NCBI GenBank assembly: GCA_963806495.1
Contig: CAWDYA010000001.1
Span: 180,030 to 244,029, forward strand
Direction of reading: 5' to 3'
Length of the DNA: 64,000 bases
Source: an uncultured Acidobacteriota bacterium
Lineage (GTDB): Bacteria > Acidobacteriota > Polarisedimenticolia > JACPZX01 > DASXTC01
Positions 18,725 through 29,039 of this stretch are shown here, piece by piece (within the stretch, counting starts at the first letter, position 1; each line of letters begins with the position of its first letter). Under the pieces are notes generated by a model. It had not been told where the DNA came from. It did not search any database and saw only the letters and a list, made by a program, of their open reading frames with translations. The position numbers were made by a program, and so were the translations under genes.

Positions 18725-21142
18725 TCAGCGGGCGGGGTGCAGCGTCAGAGTGTGGACCGGCGGGCCGGGCAGGAACGGGGTCGGCGCGCCCTGCTCCCAG
18801 GCGGCGTGCCCGTCGCGGTAATGCGGCGACATCGGGTGGCCGCTCTGCCCGCACGGCATGTGGAACAGCCCCATCGCCTCGCGGCCGGGTGAGACCACCA
18901 TCCGCTCGGAGGCGCCGTCCGACGGTGCCTGGAAACGCGGCATATCGGAGTCACCCGGGAGCGGAACAGCCGGCATGTCCAGCCAGCTCGACAGCATCGG
19001 GACGCCGAGGCTGAGCGGATGCCGGATTCGCGTCGTGTTGCGCCGGCCCCAGGTCCGATCCTCCAGGGTGAAGCCGTCCCGTTCCATCGTGTCGATCGTC
19101 GTGTCGACGGCGGCCAGAAGCGCCGTGTCCCACGAGTCGAACTTCGGGTCGAGCAGATGCATCGGCCGCTCGGTCACCAGCCGCCACAACGGCCCTTCCT
19201 CCTGCGCGGTGATCAGATAGTCGAATCGTGGGTCGGCCTTCCTGCATGCCGCCGTGATCGCGTCGAAGGTCTGCCGTGCGAGAAAGTAACGAAACGCCCG
19301 CACCATCCTGTATCCGGCCGAGTCGATCGCGGCGCGCCCGCCCCACGTCTCGACGAGACGGCGCAGGCGGGCCCGCCGCGGGTCGGCGGCCACCGCCGCG
19401 TCGCTCAGCGTCTCGAGCAGCAGATCGTGCCAGCGCGTCAGGAACAGCGCGCGGTCGTCCAGCTGTATGTCCAGCATGTCCCCGGCCGCCGGGCGGTCGA
19501 GACCCCGCAGGTCGTCGCGGATCTGGCCCGCCCGCGCGCCGGACGGATACCCTCCGTCACCGATCGCGGCCAGCATCCAGCCGTCGGCGACCCGGGCGTT
19601 GGCCGTCCAGAGCAGGCCCCCGGGCGGATCCACCAGACGCGGGTATTCCTCCGGATCGAGCCAGCCGTCCCAGCGATGCACGCCGTCGGCCCACGACATC
19701 GGCAGCCGCTCGGCCAGCGGAGCGGGAAACCCCACGCGTCTCGGCATCGCCCCGGCGATCGTCCATCCGATCCGGCCCGTGTCGTCGGCCACCAGCATGT
19801 TCTGCGGCGGGAGCCCGCTCGTCTCCCCCACGGTCAGCGCCTCTTCGAGCGTTCCGGCCGTCGCCATCCGCGACAGCCCGGTGTCGACCGCGCCGTCGTC
19901 GTAGGCGATCCATCGCAGCGCGCGAGGGCGGCCCAGATAGTCCTGGTCGATGATCGGGCCCCAGATCGTGGTCACCACGTCGAGCGTCTCGTTGTCCCCG
20001 CCCGCCACCTGGATCGTCTCGGCGTGATGTTCGAAAGGCAGCGGCCCATCGGGGGCGAGATACCGGTTCGGATCGTCCGGGTCCCGCTCCACGATCACCA
20101 GGTCCACCCAGTCGCCGTAGCTGTTGGTGAACCCCCATGCGACGTGGGTGTTGCTTCCGACCACCACCACCGGAACGCCGGGCAGCGTGACTCCGGTGAC
20201 GGCGCCTATCCCGTCGTCGGTCGACAACGACGCCCGGTACCAGATGTTGGGAACACCCAGCGGCAGATGCATGTCGTTGGCGAGCAGCGCTCCGCCATCG
20301 GCCGTCAGCGCGCCTGCCACCGCCCAGTTGTTGCTGCCGGCCGCTTCCTCCCACCCCCCCTCGTCCCCCGCAGGCGCCGCCTCTGCCTGCACCGTTCCGG
20401 CCGGGACGCCGCTCGACCGCAGGTCGAACACGTCGGGGCCGGGCACCGGGGGCGTCTCGAACGCCTCCCCCACGATCGGCGCGTCCCATTCGGTTCCCGG
20501 CGGCACCAGGAACGCGAACAGCGGCCCGGGCAGCAGGTCGTGCATCAGCCCGACCGCCGAGTCGCGGCTGCCGTCGTTGTCGTCCAGCATCACGAACATC
20601 GACAGGATCGCCAGCACCGAGTCCTCGGCACTCCAGGCAACGGGCTCGGAGCGGATCACCTGGTACGCGAAGGGAGGCGCGCCGAGCGCGGCCAGCCCCG
20701 CGTTGACGCCGTCGGCGTACGCCTGCAACTCGCGCCGGTCATCCTCTGGAAGGCCGTCGAGGATCGCTTCCGCCCGCGCGCGGAACCGGTGCACCCGGTT
20801 GCGCCGGTCGGCGTTCACCAGCCCGGCGCCGAACAGCCCGGCCAGCTCGCCCGCCGCCTGGCGCCGCATCAGGTCCATCTGGAAGAACCGGTTCTGCGCG
20901 TGCAGGAACCCCACCGCCTGCGCCAGGTCGATCCGGTCCGCCGCATGAACCGACGGCACGCCCAGGTCGTCGAACCGGATCGTGACGTCGGCGCCGAGCC
21001 CGGAGACCTCGCGCTCGCCGTCGAGCTGCGGCAGGCTGGCCACGAGTCGGCTCCGTACCCAGAGCCCGCCGGCAAGAAGCAGGATCACCAGAACCCCCGC
21101 TCCGATCGCCAGCCATCTGAGGATACGCCTGACCCGCCCCAT
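18725..21142 (-). CDS. Penicillin acylase / acyl-homoserine-lactone acylase family (S45 Ntn hydrolase)
   Basis: N-terminal TM; GFLHAQNRFFQMDL; beta-chain start GSNNWAV; ANDMHL; PCGQSGHPMSPHY. Confidence 0.92.
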   Translation of the reverse strand: MGRVRRILRWLAIGAGVLVILLLAGGLWVRSRLVASLPQLDGEREVSGLGADVTIRFDDLGVPSVHAADRIDLAQAVGFLHAQNRFFQMDLMRRQAAGELAGLFGAGLVNADRRNRVHRFRARAEAILDGLPEDDRRELQAYADGVNAGLAALGAPPFAYQVIRSEPVAWSAEDSVLAILSMFVMLDDNDGSRDSAVGLMHDLLPGPLFAFLVPPGTEWDAPIVGEAFETPPVPGPDVFDLRSSGVPAGTVQAEAAPAGDEGGWEEAAGSNNWAVAGALTADGGALLANDMHLPLGVPNIWYRASLSTDDGIGAVTGVTLPGVPVVVVGSNTHVAWGFTNSYGDWVDLVIVERDPDDPNRYLAPDGPLPFEHHAETIQVAGGDNETLDVVTTIWGPIIDQDYLGRPRALRWIAYDDGAVDTGLSRMATAGTLEEALTVGETSGLPPQNMLVADDTGRIGWTIAGAMPRRVGFPAPLAERLPMSWADGVHRWDGWLDPEEYPRLVDPPGGLLWTANARVADGWMLAAIGDGGYPSGARAGQIRDDLRGLDRPAAGDMLDIQLDDRALFLTRWHDLLLETLSDAAVAADPRRARLRRLVETWGGRAAIDSAGYRMVRAFRYFLARQTFDAITAACRKADPRFDYLITAQEEGPLWRLVTERPMHLLDPKFDSWDTALLAAVDTTIDTMERDGFTLEDRTWGRRNTTRIRHPLSLGVPMLSSWLDMPAVPLPGDSDMPRFQAPSDGASERMVVSPGREAMGLFHMPCGQSGHPMSPHYRDGHAAWEQGAPTPFLPGPPVHTLTLHPAR

Positions 21143-21231
21143 GCCCCCTCCACCGTTGCGCGTCCTCTTGATACCCGATGCGCGGCGGGCGGTCAAGCGA
21201 TTCCCTCCTCCCGTGGGTTATCCTTCGCTTC

Positions 21232-23968
21232 ATGCTGGCTCATCGTCTCATCGCCCGGATACAGGAGCTCATCCTGAAACGGCCGGGACGCGTCGTCGCC
21301 GCCTCGTTGCTGCTCACCCTCGTGGCGCTCTGGCTCGGCACGAAGGTGGAATTCAGGACGTCGCGAAGCGACCTGGCTCCGCCCGACGACCCCGAGGAGA
21401 TCCGCTTCGACGCGCTGGTGAAGGAATTCGGCGGCTCGTCGGATTCTGATCGTCACGGTGGAAGCCGAACCGGGTGCAGAGATCCCCGCGGCGCGGCTGC
21501 GGGAGGCGGCCGATACGCTCGCGGCGCAGCTTGCGGCCGATCCGCTCGTCGCCCAGGTGTTCTACAAGGTCGACCTCGACTGGTTCCTCAAACGCGGTCT
21601 GTATCTCGCCCCGCCGTCGACGCTCGAGGGGATCGAACGGGCCGCGGACGAGGATATCGACGCACTCGGTTCGCTGTCGAAGGTCGAAGGGCTCACCGGT
21701 CTGGACGATCTCCTCGCCGCGCGTCTCGAAGCATCGTTCGCTGCCGGGACGGCGGCGCCGGAGGGGGCGGCGCAGGGGGTACGCGCCCTCGTCTCGCTGC
21801 TCGATTTCGAGCGGCGGTTCCTGGAAGACCCCGAAACCCTGCTGCGCTCGATCGGACTCGACGGGAGCAAGCCGCCTCTCCTGGTGCTCGCGGGCGACCG
21901 GCAACAGCTGGCCTCGCGGGGATATCTGTCCACCCGGGACGGGTCGGTGCTGTACATCCTGGTCTCTCCCGAGCGCAACGACGACAGCCTGCCCGCCCTT
22001 CGCGCGCTCATCGACGCCGCGCGGCGGTGCGCGTCGATCGTGACCGCCACCCATCCCGGTGTGCGTGTCTCCTACACCGGCGAGCCGGCCACCACCGTGG
22101 AAGAGATGAACATCGTGCGCCGCGACACCTGGTTCACCTCGGCGGTCGCGGCCACCGGCGTGACGCTGCTCACCCTGCTGGTGTTCCGCTGGAAGAGCCA
22201 TTCTCTCCTGGTGCTGTCGGCGCTGGCCATGGGGATCGCCTGGTCGTTCGGCGCCGTGTATCTCGAGCTGGGATACCTCAACCTGATCACGTCGTCGTTC
22301 ATCTCCACCCTGGTCGGTGTCGGCGTCGCGTACGGTATTCACCCCGTCTCCGAGTACGAGCTGGAAGGGGCCCACACCGGCGACCCGTTGGCCACGGTGC
22401 GTGAGTCGTACCATCGCACGGGCGCCGCGATCTCGACCGGCGCGGTCACCACGGCGGCGGCCTTTTTCGCAATCCTGCTGATGAACTTTCGCGGCTTCTC
22501 GGAGCTGGGGCTGGTGGCGGGCTTCGGGGTGCTGCTCTGCCTGATGGCCTCGCTGGTGACCCTGCCGGCACTCCTGGCCGTCTACGGGCGCTGGCGGCAC
22601 GGCCGCGATCGGGTGCCACGCACCGGCTCGGGCGCCGCGATGGTGGACCGGGTCTGGGGCGAGAAGCTGTCGAGGCTGGTCTGCGCCCGGCCGCGTACGG
22701 TGACCGCGATCGCGCTGCTCGCGACGGTGGGGGCCGCCGCCGGCGCGCGCGGCGTGCAGTTCGACCAGAACATCCTGGACATGCTTCCGCGCGACGCCGA
22801 GTCGGTGAAGCAGCAGCGGCGGATGATCATGGAGTCGAGCCTGTCGCCCGCGTTCACCATCGCGGTGGCCGGCAGCCTCGAGGAGCTGCGCGCGATGCGG
22901 CAGCGCGCCGGAGACGAGCCGACGATCGAGCGGTTCGAGTCGGTGCTGGATTTCCTGCCCGCTGATCCCGAAGCCGCCCGCGAGGCGGTGGCGCGCCTCG
23001 CTCCTCTGCTCGACCGGATCGCCCTGCCCGCCAGCACCGCCCCGGTGCGGCGGGCCGATCTCACCCGCGCCCTGACCCGGCTGGAGACCGCTCTGACCGA
23101 CGCGTCCGACGCCGCCTTCGGCGCGGGGCTGGCGGACCTGGCGGGGCCTCTGGAGGAGGCCCGCGCGGCTGCCGAGGCCGCGCGGCTCGCGGCAGGCAAA
23201 GCCCCCGCAGGGATGGAGAGCCGATGGGACGAGGGCCAGCGGCGCCTGCTCGCATTCGCCCACGAGGCGCTGTCGGCGCTGCGCGAGGCCGCCGCCACCC
23301 CTCCCCCGACGATCGAGACGCTGCCCGACGCCGTCCGCAAGCGGCTGATCACCCGCGACGGCCGGTTCCTGGCGTTCATGCACCCGCACGGCGACATGTT
23401 CGCCCCCGGCTTTCTGGGGCCGTACGTGGCGGCGTCGAAGCGTGTCTCGGACACCAGCACCGGGTTTCCGATCCTGTTTCACCTGATGACGAACCGGATC
23501 ACGTCGGGGTTCGTCCGTGCCGTGGCGGTCGGGTCGGTGCTTGTTTTCCTGATCCTGCTGGCGGACTACCGCAATCTGCGCGAGACTCTGATGGCGCTGG
23601 CCCCGCTCGTGATGGGCGTCATCTGGATGCTGGGAGCGATGAGACTGCTCGGGATCTCCTACAATTTCGCCAACCTGATCGCGGTGCCACTGATCATCGG
23701 CGTCGGGATCGACAACGGGGTCCACATCGTGCACCGGATGCGGTTCGAGGGACGCGACGGGATGTCGGTGGTGCTGCGTCACACGGGACGTGCGATCCTG
23801 ATCGCGGGGCTCACCACCATGATCGGGTTCGGCAGCCTGGCGCTCGCCTCCCACCGGGGGCTCGCCAGCCTCGGGATGGTGCTGCTGGTCGGAGTCGGCT
23901 CGTGCGTGACCACGGCGATGCTGGTCCTGCCCAACATGCTCGTGGCGTTCGGTCTGGCCCGGAGATGA
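21232..23968 (+). CDS. HpnN/MMPL-type RND lipid transporter (BstA-like); +1 frameshift near 21444
   Basis: N-terminal TM1 in the 21178 frame, remainder in the 21458 frame; removing one T from GATTC gives SSDLIVTVE. Two RND TM repeats: YTGEPA, GVGVAYGIH, GVGIDNGVH, TTMIGFGSL. Confidence 0.88.
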
Positions 23969-23978
23969 GAGGTTGAAG

Positions 23979-24836
23979 ATGAGAATCCGCATCCTGCTCC
24001 TGCTGCTCGCGCTGGCGACGGTCGCGCTGCCCGCCGCCACCGCCGTGACGCTGGTGGTCTGCTCTCCCGGGTCGCCGGGCAACACGGCACAGGCTCAGCC
24101 CACCATGGACGCGTTCGCCGCCGACGCCGCCGCGGCCGCCGGCTGGCCCGCCTCACGCCTCGGCGCCGTCTACTTCGAGGCAGAAAAGGCGGGGCTCGAC
24201 CGGCTGGCGCAGGACGATGCCGCACTGGCGATGGTGCCGCTGTCTTTCTACGTCGAGCACGGTGCGGCGCTGAAGCTGGATCCGATCCTGTCGGTGGTGC
24301 CCGAGGGCGGGGACGCGGGCGGCAAGGGCGAAGTCTGGTCGCTCGTCGCGCACAAGGGGGACGTGACCGGTCCCGGGTCCCTGGCCGGCTGGCAGATCAC
24401 CGGGGCGCCCGGTTACGCCGAGGCCTACGTCCGGCACGTGCTGCTCGCCGGGTTCGGCCCCCTGCCCGACGGCGTCACGATCACGTTCGCCCCGCGCGTG
24501 CTGAGCGCCCTGCGCAAGGCGGCCGCGGGCGAGAAGGTCGCGGCGCTGCTGGACCCCGCCGAGGTGAAAGCGCTCGGCTCGCTGCCGTTCGGATCCGACC
24601 TCGAGGTGGTGTTCCGATCCCGCCCGCTGCCGGCCGCCCTGCTGTGCGTCGTCGGCGGCAGGGTCGACCCGAAGGCCGCCGCGGCACTGGCGGACGGACT
24701 GCGAAAGATGAATGGCACCGAAGCGGGTCGGACGGCGCTCACCTCGATCCGCGTGGAGCGGTTCGCCCCGGTGGACGATGCGGCGCTCGAGGCCGTCCTC
24801 TCCGAGGTCCGCGCCGGGCAGGGCCCCGCCCGGTGA
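23979..24836 (+). CDS. Periplasmic phosphonate-type substrate-binding-fold protein (BstB-like)
   Basis: Signal peptide; LVVCSPGSPGNTAQAQPTMDAFA; PhnD-like C-terminus (GLRKMNGTEAGRTALTSIRVERF); no ABC permease or ATPase nearby. Confidence 0.7.
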   Translation: MRIRILLLLLALATVALPAATAVTLVVCSPGSPGNTAQAQPTMDAFAADAAAAAGWPASRLGAVYFEAEKAGLDRLAQDDAALAMVPLSFYVEHGAALKLDPILSVVPEGGDAGGKGEVWSLVAHKGDVTGPGSLAGWQITGAPGYAEAYVRHVLLAGFGPLPDGVTITFAPRVLSALRKAAAGEKVAALLDPAEVKALGSLPFGSDLEVVFRSRPLPAALLCVVGGRVDPKAAAALADGLRKMNGTEAGRTALTSIRVERFAPVDDAALEAVLSEVRAGQGPAR

Positions 24837-25648
24837 GGGCGGCCCTGACACTGGGTCTTGCGCTTTGTGCTCTCTGTGCCGGATGCGCCCGCGCCCTGCA
24901 CGAGCCGCCGCCGTTGTCGGATCTCGGGGGCGCCTCGCCTTCCGCCGGCGCCACACCCGCGGACGTCGACGGCCTGCTCGCACGCGCCGGCGATCTCTTC
25001 GCCCGCCGCGTGCCGGATGACGCGCGCCGGGCGGCGCAGGTGTATCTCCAGGCCGCACGCGCCGACGCGGCCCGCACCGATGGCCTCATCGGCGCCGTGC
25101 GCGTGTATGCGTGGCTCGTGGAGCACGAGACCGACGCCGCCGCGCGCGCCGACGACGCCACCACCGCGGTGCAGACGGCGCAGTGGTGCGAGCGGATCGA
25201 CCCCCTCAGCGCCGCGTGCGCCTACTGGCTCGGCGCCGCGCTGGGTCTTCAGGCGCGCGAGAAGCGATCTACCGGGCTGGACGCGCTGCCGCTCATCGAG
25301 AAGGCGTTCCAGCGGGCCGCGGCCGCCGACCCGGACCTCGAGCAGGGCGGCCCCGACCGCGCGCTGGCGCTGCTCTATCTGCGCGCCCCCGGTTGGCCGA
25401 GCGGTCCGGGCGATCCCGACCTGGGTCTGGACCACGCCCGCCGGGCGGTCGAGCGCGCTCCCGACTACCCGCCCAACCTGCTGGCGCTGGCCGAGGCGCT
25501 CGAGGCCACCGGTGACACGGCGCAGGCGCGCGAGACGCTGGGCCACGCCCTCGACGCGGCAGAGGGTCTGGCGGCAGCCGGGGATCCGGACGCCGGCGAG
25601 TGGGCAGAGGAGGCGCAAAACGCCCTGCACCGTCTTGGGGATCGATGA
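24833..25648 (+). CDS. TPR/TatT-like lipoprotein (BstC-like)
   Basis: GTGA overlap with the upstream stop; lipobox LCAGC; CAYWLGAALG, GGPDRALALLYLRAPGWP, PDYPPNLLALAEAL. Confidence 0.75.
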   Translation: MRAALTLGLALCALCAGCARALHEPPPLSDLGGASPSAGATPADVDGLLARAGDLFARRVPDDARRAAQVYLQAARADAARTDGLIGAVRVYAWLVEHETDAAARADDATTAVQTAQWCERIDPLSAACAYWLGAALGLQAREKRSTGLDALPLIEKAFQRAAAADPDLEQGGPDRALALLYLRAPGWPSGPGDPDLGLDHARRAVERAPDYPPNLLALAEALEATGDTAQARETLGHALDAAEGLAAAGDPDAGEWAEEAQNALHRLGDR

Positions 25649-25661
25649 GACTGGCCCGTTT

Positions 25662-26585
25662 CTATCCCGCCCTGTAGACGTCGGTGCCCATGTACTTCAG
25701 CCCCGAGTCGACCATCAGCGTCACGACCGTCGCGCCCGGGCCGAGACGCTGCGCCAGCCGGATCGCGGCGACGACGTTCGCTCCCGAGGATGTGCCGGCG
25801 AAGAGCGCCTCCTCGCGCGCGAGACGCCGCGCCATCGCCTTCGCGTCGCTCGTGCTCACCGGGATGATGTCGTCCACCAGCGCCGGGTCCCACAGCGGCG
25901 GCATGTAGCCGATCCCGACCCCTTCGATCTTGTGCGCTCCCGGCTGCCCGCCGGACAGAACGGCCGACTCGGCCGGCTCGACGACGGCGATCCTCACGCC
26001 CGGCTCGCGCCGCTTCAGCACGGTGGCCACACCGCGTGACGACGCCGCGGTGCCGACGCAGTGGACGAAGGCGTCGACCTCGCCGCCGGTCTGATCCCAG
26101 ATCTCCTCGCCGAGAGGATGATACCCGGCGACGCTGTCGAGGTTGTTGAGCTGGTCGGTCCAGTAGGTGCGCGGCTGCCGGCTGATGACGCGGGCGGCCT
26201 CGATCATGTCCAGGATCAGCTTCCTCGTGGTGAGGCCGCCTTCGCTGGGCACCAGGCTCAGCTCGGCGCCCAGCGCCCTCATCTGGTCCAGCTTGTCCCG
26301 GCTGAAGGCGTCCGAGGTGACGATCTTCAGCCCGTACCCCTTCGCGGCGCAGACGAGGGCCAGCGAGGCCCCGGTGCTGCCGCCGGTATATTCCACCACG
26401 GTGTCGCCCGGCTTCAGGCGGCCGTCCTGCTCCGGCCGCGTAATCACGGCCCGGGCCATCCGGTCCTTGACGCTGCCGGTCGGATTCTCCCACTCCAGCT
26501 TGACGAAGATGGCGGCGCAGCCGGCCGGCACGACCCTTCGGAGCTGCACCAGCGACGTATTGCCGATGGAATCGAGGATATTCAC
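25662..26585 (-). CDS. PLP-dependent cysteine synthase family protein
   Basis: GGAGGAGG RBS then GTG; IGNTSL, KLEWENPTGSVKDR (PLP Lys), HKIEGVG, GTSSGAN. Confidence 0.92.
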   Translation of the reverse strand: MNILDSIGNTSLVQLRRVVPAGCAAIFVKLEWENPTGSVKDRMARAVITRPEQDGRLKPGDTVVEYTGGSTGASLALVCAAKGYGLKIVTSDAFSRDKLDQMRALGAELSLVPSEGGLTTRKLILDMIEAARVISRQPRTYWTDQLNNLDSVAGYHPLGEEIWDQTGGEVDAFVHCVGTAASSRGVATVLKRREPGVRIAVVEPAESAVLSGGQPGAHKIEGVGIGYMPPLWDPALVDDIIPVSTSDAKAMARRLAREEALFAGTSSGANVVAAIRLAQRLGPGATVVTLMVDSGLKYMGTDVYRAG

Positions 26586-26787
26586 CGCGTGGGTCCTCCT
26601 CCAATCCGGCCGAGGTCCCCATTCTATCCCGCCCGCGGCCGCCCCTACACATCCCCGCCCCGGTCCTGTATCCTGAATCCGTCCGGGGCCGTGTCCAGGC
26701 CGTGCCGGGCTGACCTCGTCACCGCTGCCCCGGCACACCCGCGGCGACGCACCGTAACCTTCACCGATCGTCGGGAGACAGCCGCAC

Positions 26788-29023
26788 ATGAAGATCACCT
26801 GGATTCCCGTACTGATACTCTCTCTCGCCGCCGTCACCGCGGCCGGCGCCGATTCCGAGGTTCACAAGACCGCTCCCTCTCCGGCCCGCCAGGTCCGCAT
26901 CGCCGATGTGGATCTCACCAAGCCGCTTCCGCAGCGCCTGACCGACCCGGAGGGGACCACCCGCTGGGATCTGACCGGCGTGACCCTGAAGCCAGGCGCC
27001 GTGGAGACGGTCCGCGAGCAGGGGGGGCGTCTCGTCCTCGAGGACGGCTCCGCCTCGACCCTTTACAGCGACGATGCGGCCGCACCTTCGGCGGACAACG
27101 CCCGCCGGTGGCTCCTGCCCGATCGCTCCCGCGACCGGTTGCGGCCCGGGGCAAGTGACACCTTCGAGATCCTTCAGCAGAATGGAACACGCACCGACCG
27201 TCTCCGTATCGAGACCGAGATCGTGGGGATCGGCTGGGTGCACCTCCCCTCGGGCCCGCACGAGGCGGTGCTGCAGCGCGCGCTCGTATCGCGCAAGCCG
27301 GATGGCGCCCGGGACTCTGGTCCGGACGTCCTGATGCATCGCTGGATCGACCCGCGCGCCGGCGTCCTCGCCGAGATCGCGGGCCCCGCGGCACCGGACG
27401 GCCGCACCCGCCTTTCGGTGACCTCGGCCCGGGTGGTCCAGCAGGTGCTGCTGGGCGCGGCCACGCTCAAGATCTACGTCGACGAGCTGGACCTGCCGAC
27501 CTTCACGGCGGTGGCGTACGGGCGTGACAAGGGGGCCAACACGACGATCTCCTCCCTGGTGCCCGACCCGAACGTGTCGACGATGGGGGATCTGATCGCG
27601 CTGGACACCTGGGACTTCTCGGCCAACAACACCGGCGCCGAGATCGCCTCGACGAGCACCTTCGTCGACCCTAACGAGACCTGCAACGTGAACAGTTGCG
27701 GCTACAGCTTTCCGGGAGCCGAGCTGGATCGCGAGGACAAGAACTTCGACGCTCCCGACCCGAACAACCTGGTCAAAGTCAACACCGTGACCGAGCAGGA
27801 GGTGCGCGCATCCGACCTGACGATCTGGCTCAGGGCCGGCTCGCAGAACGAGGGGAAGGCCGGCGGCTTCGGCAACGCGGGCGGCGAGACCCGTTTCTGC
27901 TATGTCGCCGATCCGAACACTCCCCGCAACCAGGTGCCGCTGTGGCGCTTCCCCAACCAGGACGCCGGCGGCTGGTACATGCAGGCGGGCGACCCGGTTT
28001 GGGCCGGGGGGCCGGGCGCGACCTGCCAGCAGACCCTGTTCAACGAGGTCTGCGGCGGAGGCGGGCTGATTCCGAAGCTCTACGCCAAGGCCTGCGGCAA
28101 CCACACCGGCACCCAGTTCGGCGAGGTCGTCAAGGGAGGCGTGGTGATCCTGCCCTCCGGTCACACCTTCAACGCGCTGCTGGTGCGTTACACCGCCGAC
28201 TTCTGCGTCTACATCGCCTCCGGGTGCGCCGACTTCTTCAAGCAGGCGGAGGTGCGCCAGGTCAACTACCTGTGGCAGGTGCCTTACCTCGGAACCGTGA
28301 CCCGGCTGGAGTCGGCCCAGCTCGTGCCTGATCTCACGTCATACACGACGCTGGCCGACACCGACATCAAGTTCGGGCTCTTCCCGCCGCGCACCATCAG
28401 CGTGACCGGATCGACCGACAATTCGGTCAGCATCTCCTGGGACCCGGGTCTGGACACACATCGCATCAACGACTACCACGTCTACTGGGATACCGATACG
28501 GGCGGCGGCTCGAGCTATGCATTCGACGACTTCTGCAACACGGGCAGCGTAACCTGCTCGGGGACCACGGCCACCATTTCGGGGCTGAGCCCATCGACCA
28601 CCTACTACATTACGGTTACCTCCGTGTCCGACTACACCGATCCCTCGACCGGCGTCACGACTCGGTACGAGAGCCTGTTGTACCCGACGCAGGTGTCGGG
28701 CGATCCGTCATTCGTATACCCGATCGAGGTGCAGGCGACGACAACCGGTGGCGCCTGCATCCCGACCGCCGAGGTGACCGGTGTGGATATCACCGACGCC
28801 GGTGGCGGAGACATTCAGAATCTGCTGGGACACCGTGAGCGATCCCTGCCTGACCGGCTACGAGGTGCTCGGCTCGACGACGCCCGACTCCGATGCGGGG
28901 TTCTCGCCGGTGGCCGACGTCGGGCTGACGAGCTGCTGGACCGGGAGCACGACGGACGGATATTTCCTGGTCACGGCACGAGGCACCGGCGGCAACGGGC
29001 CCTGGGGACACTTCGGTCATTGA
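26788..29023 (+). CDS. Secreted protein with a duplicated beta-domain, an FN3 domain and a C-terminal domain; +1 frameshift near 28819
   Basis: Signal peptide; FN3 (SVSISWD...YHVYW...ATISGLSPSTTYYITVTS); removing one A from GAATC joins to ICWDTVSDPC...YFLVTARG. Confidence 0.75.
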
Positions 29024-29039
29024 CCCGGAGACACGTGCG

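Noticed and set aside
26753-26787. GTAACC-N16-AGACA as an ECF promoter for the FN3 gene
   Set aside because: The -10 part does not match GCATCTC and doubles as a GGGAG ribosome-binding site; too weak to call.
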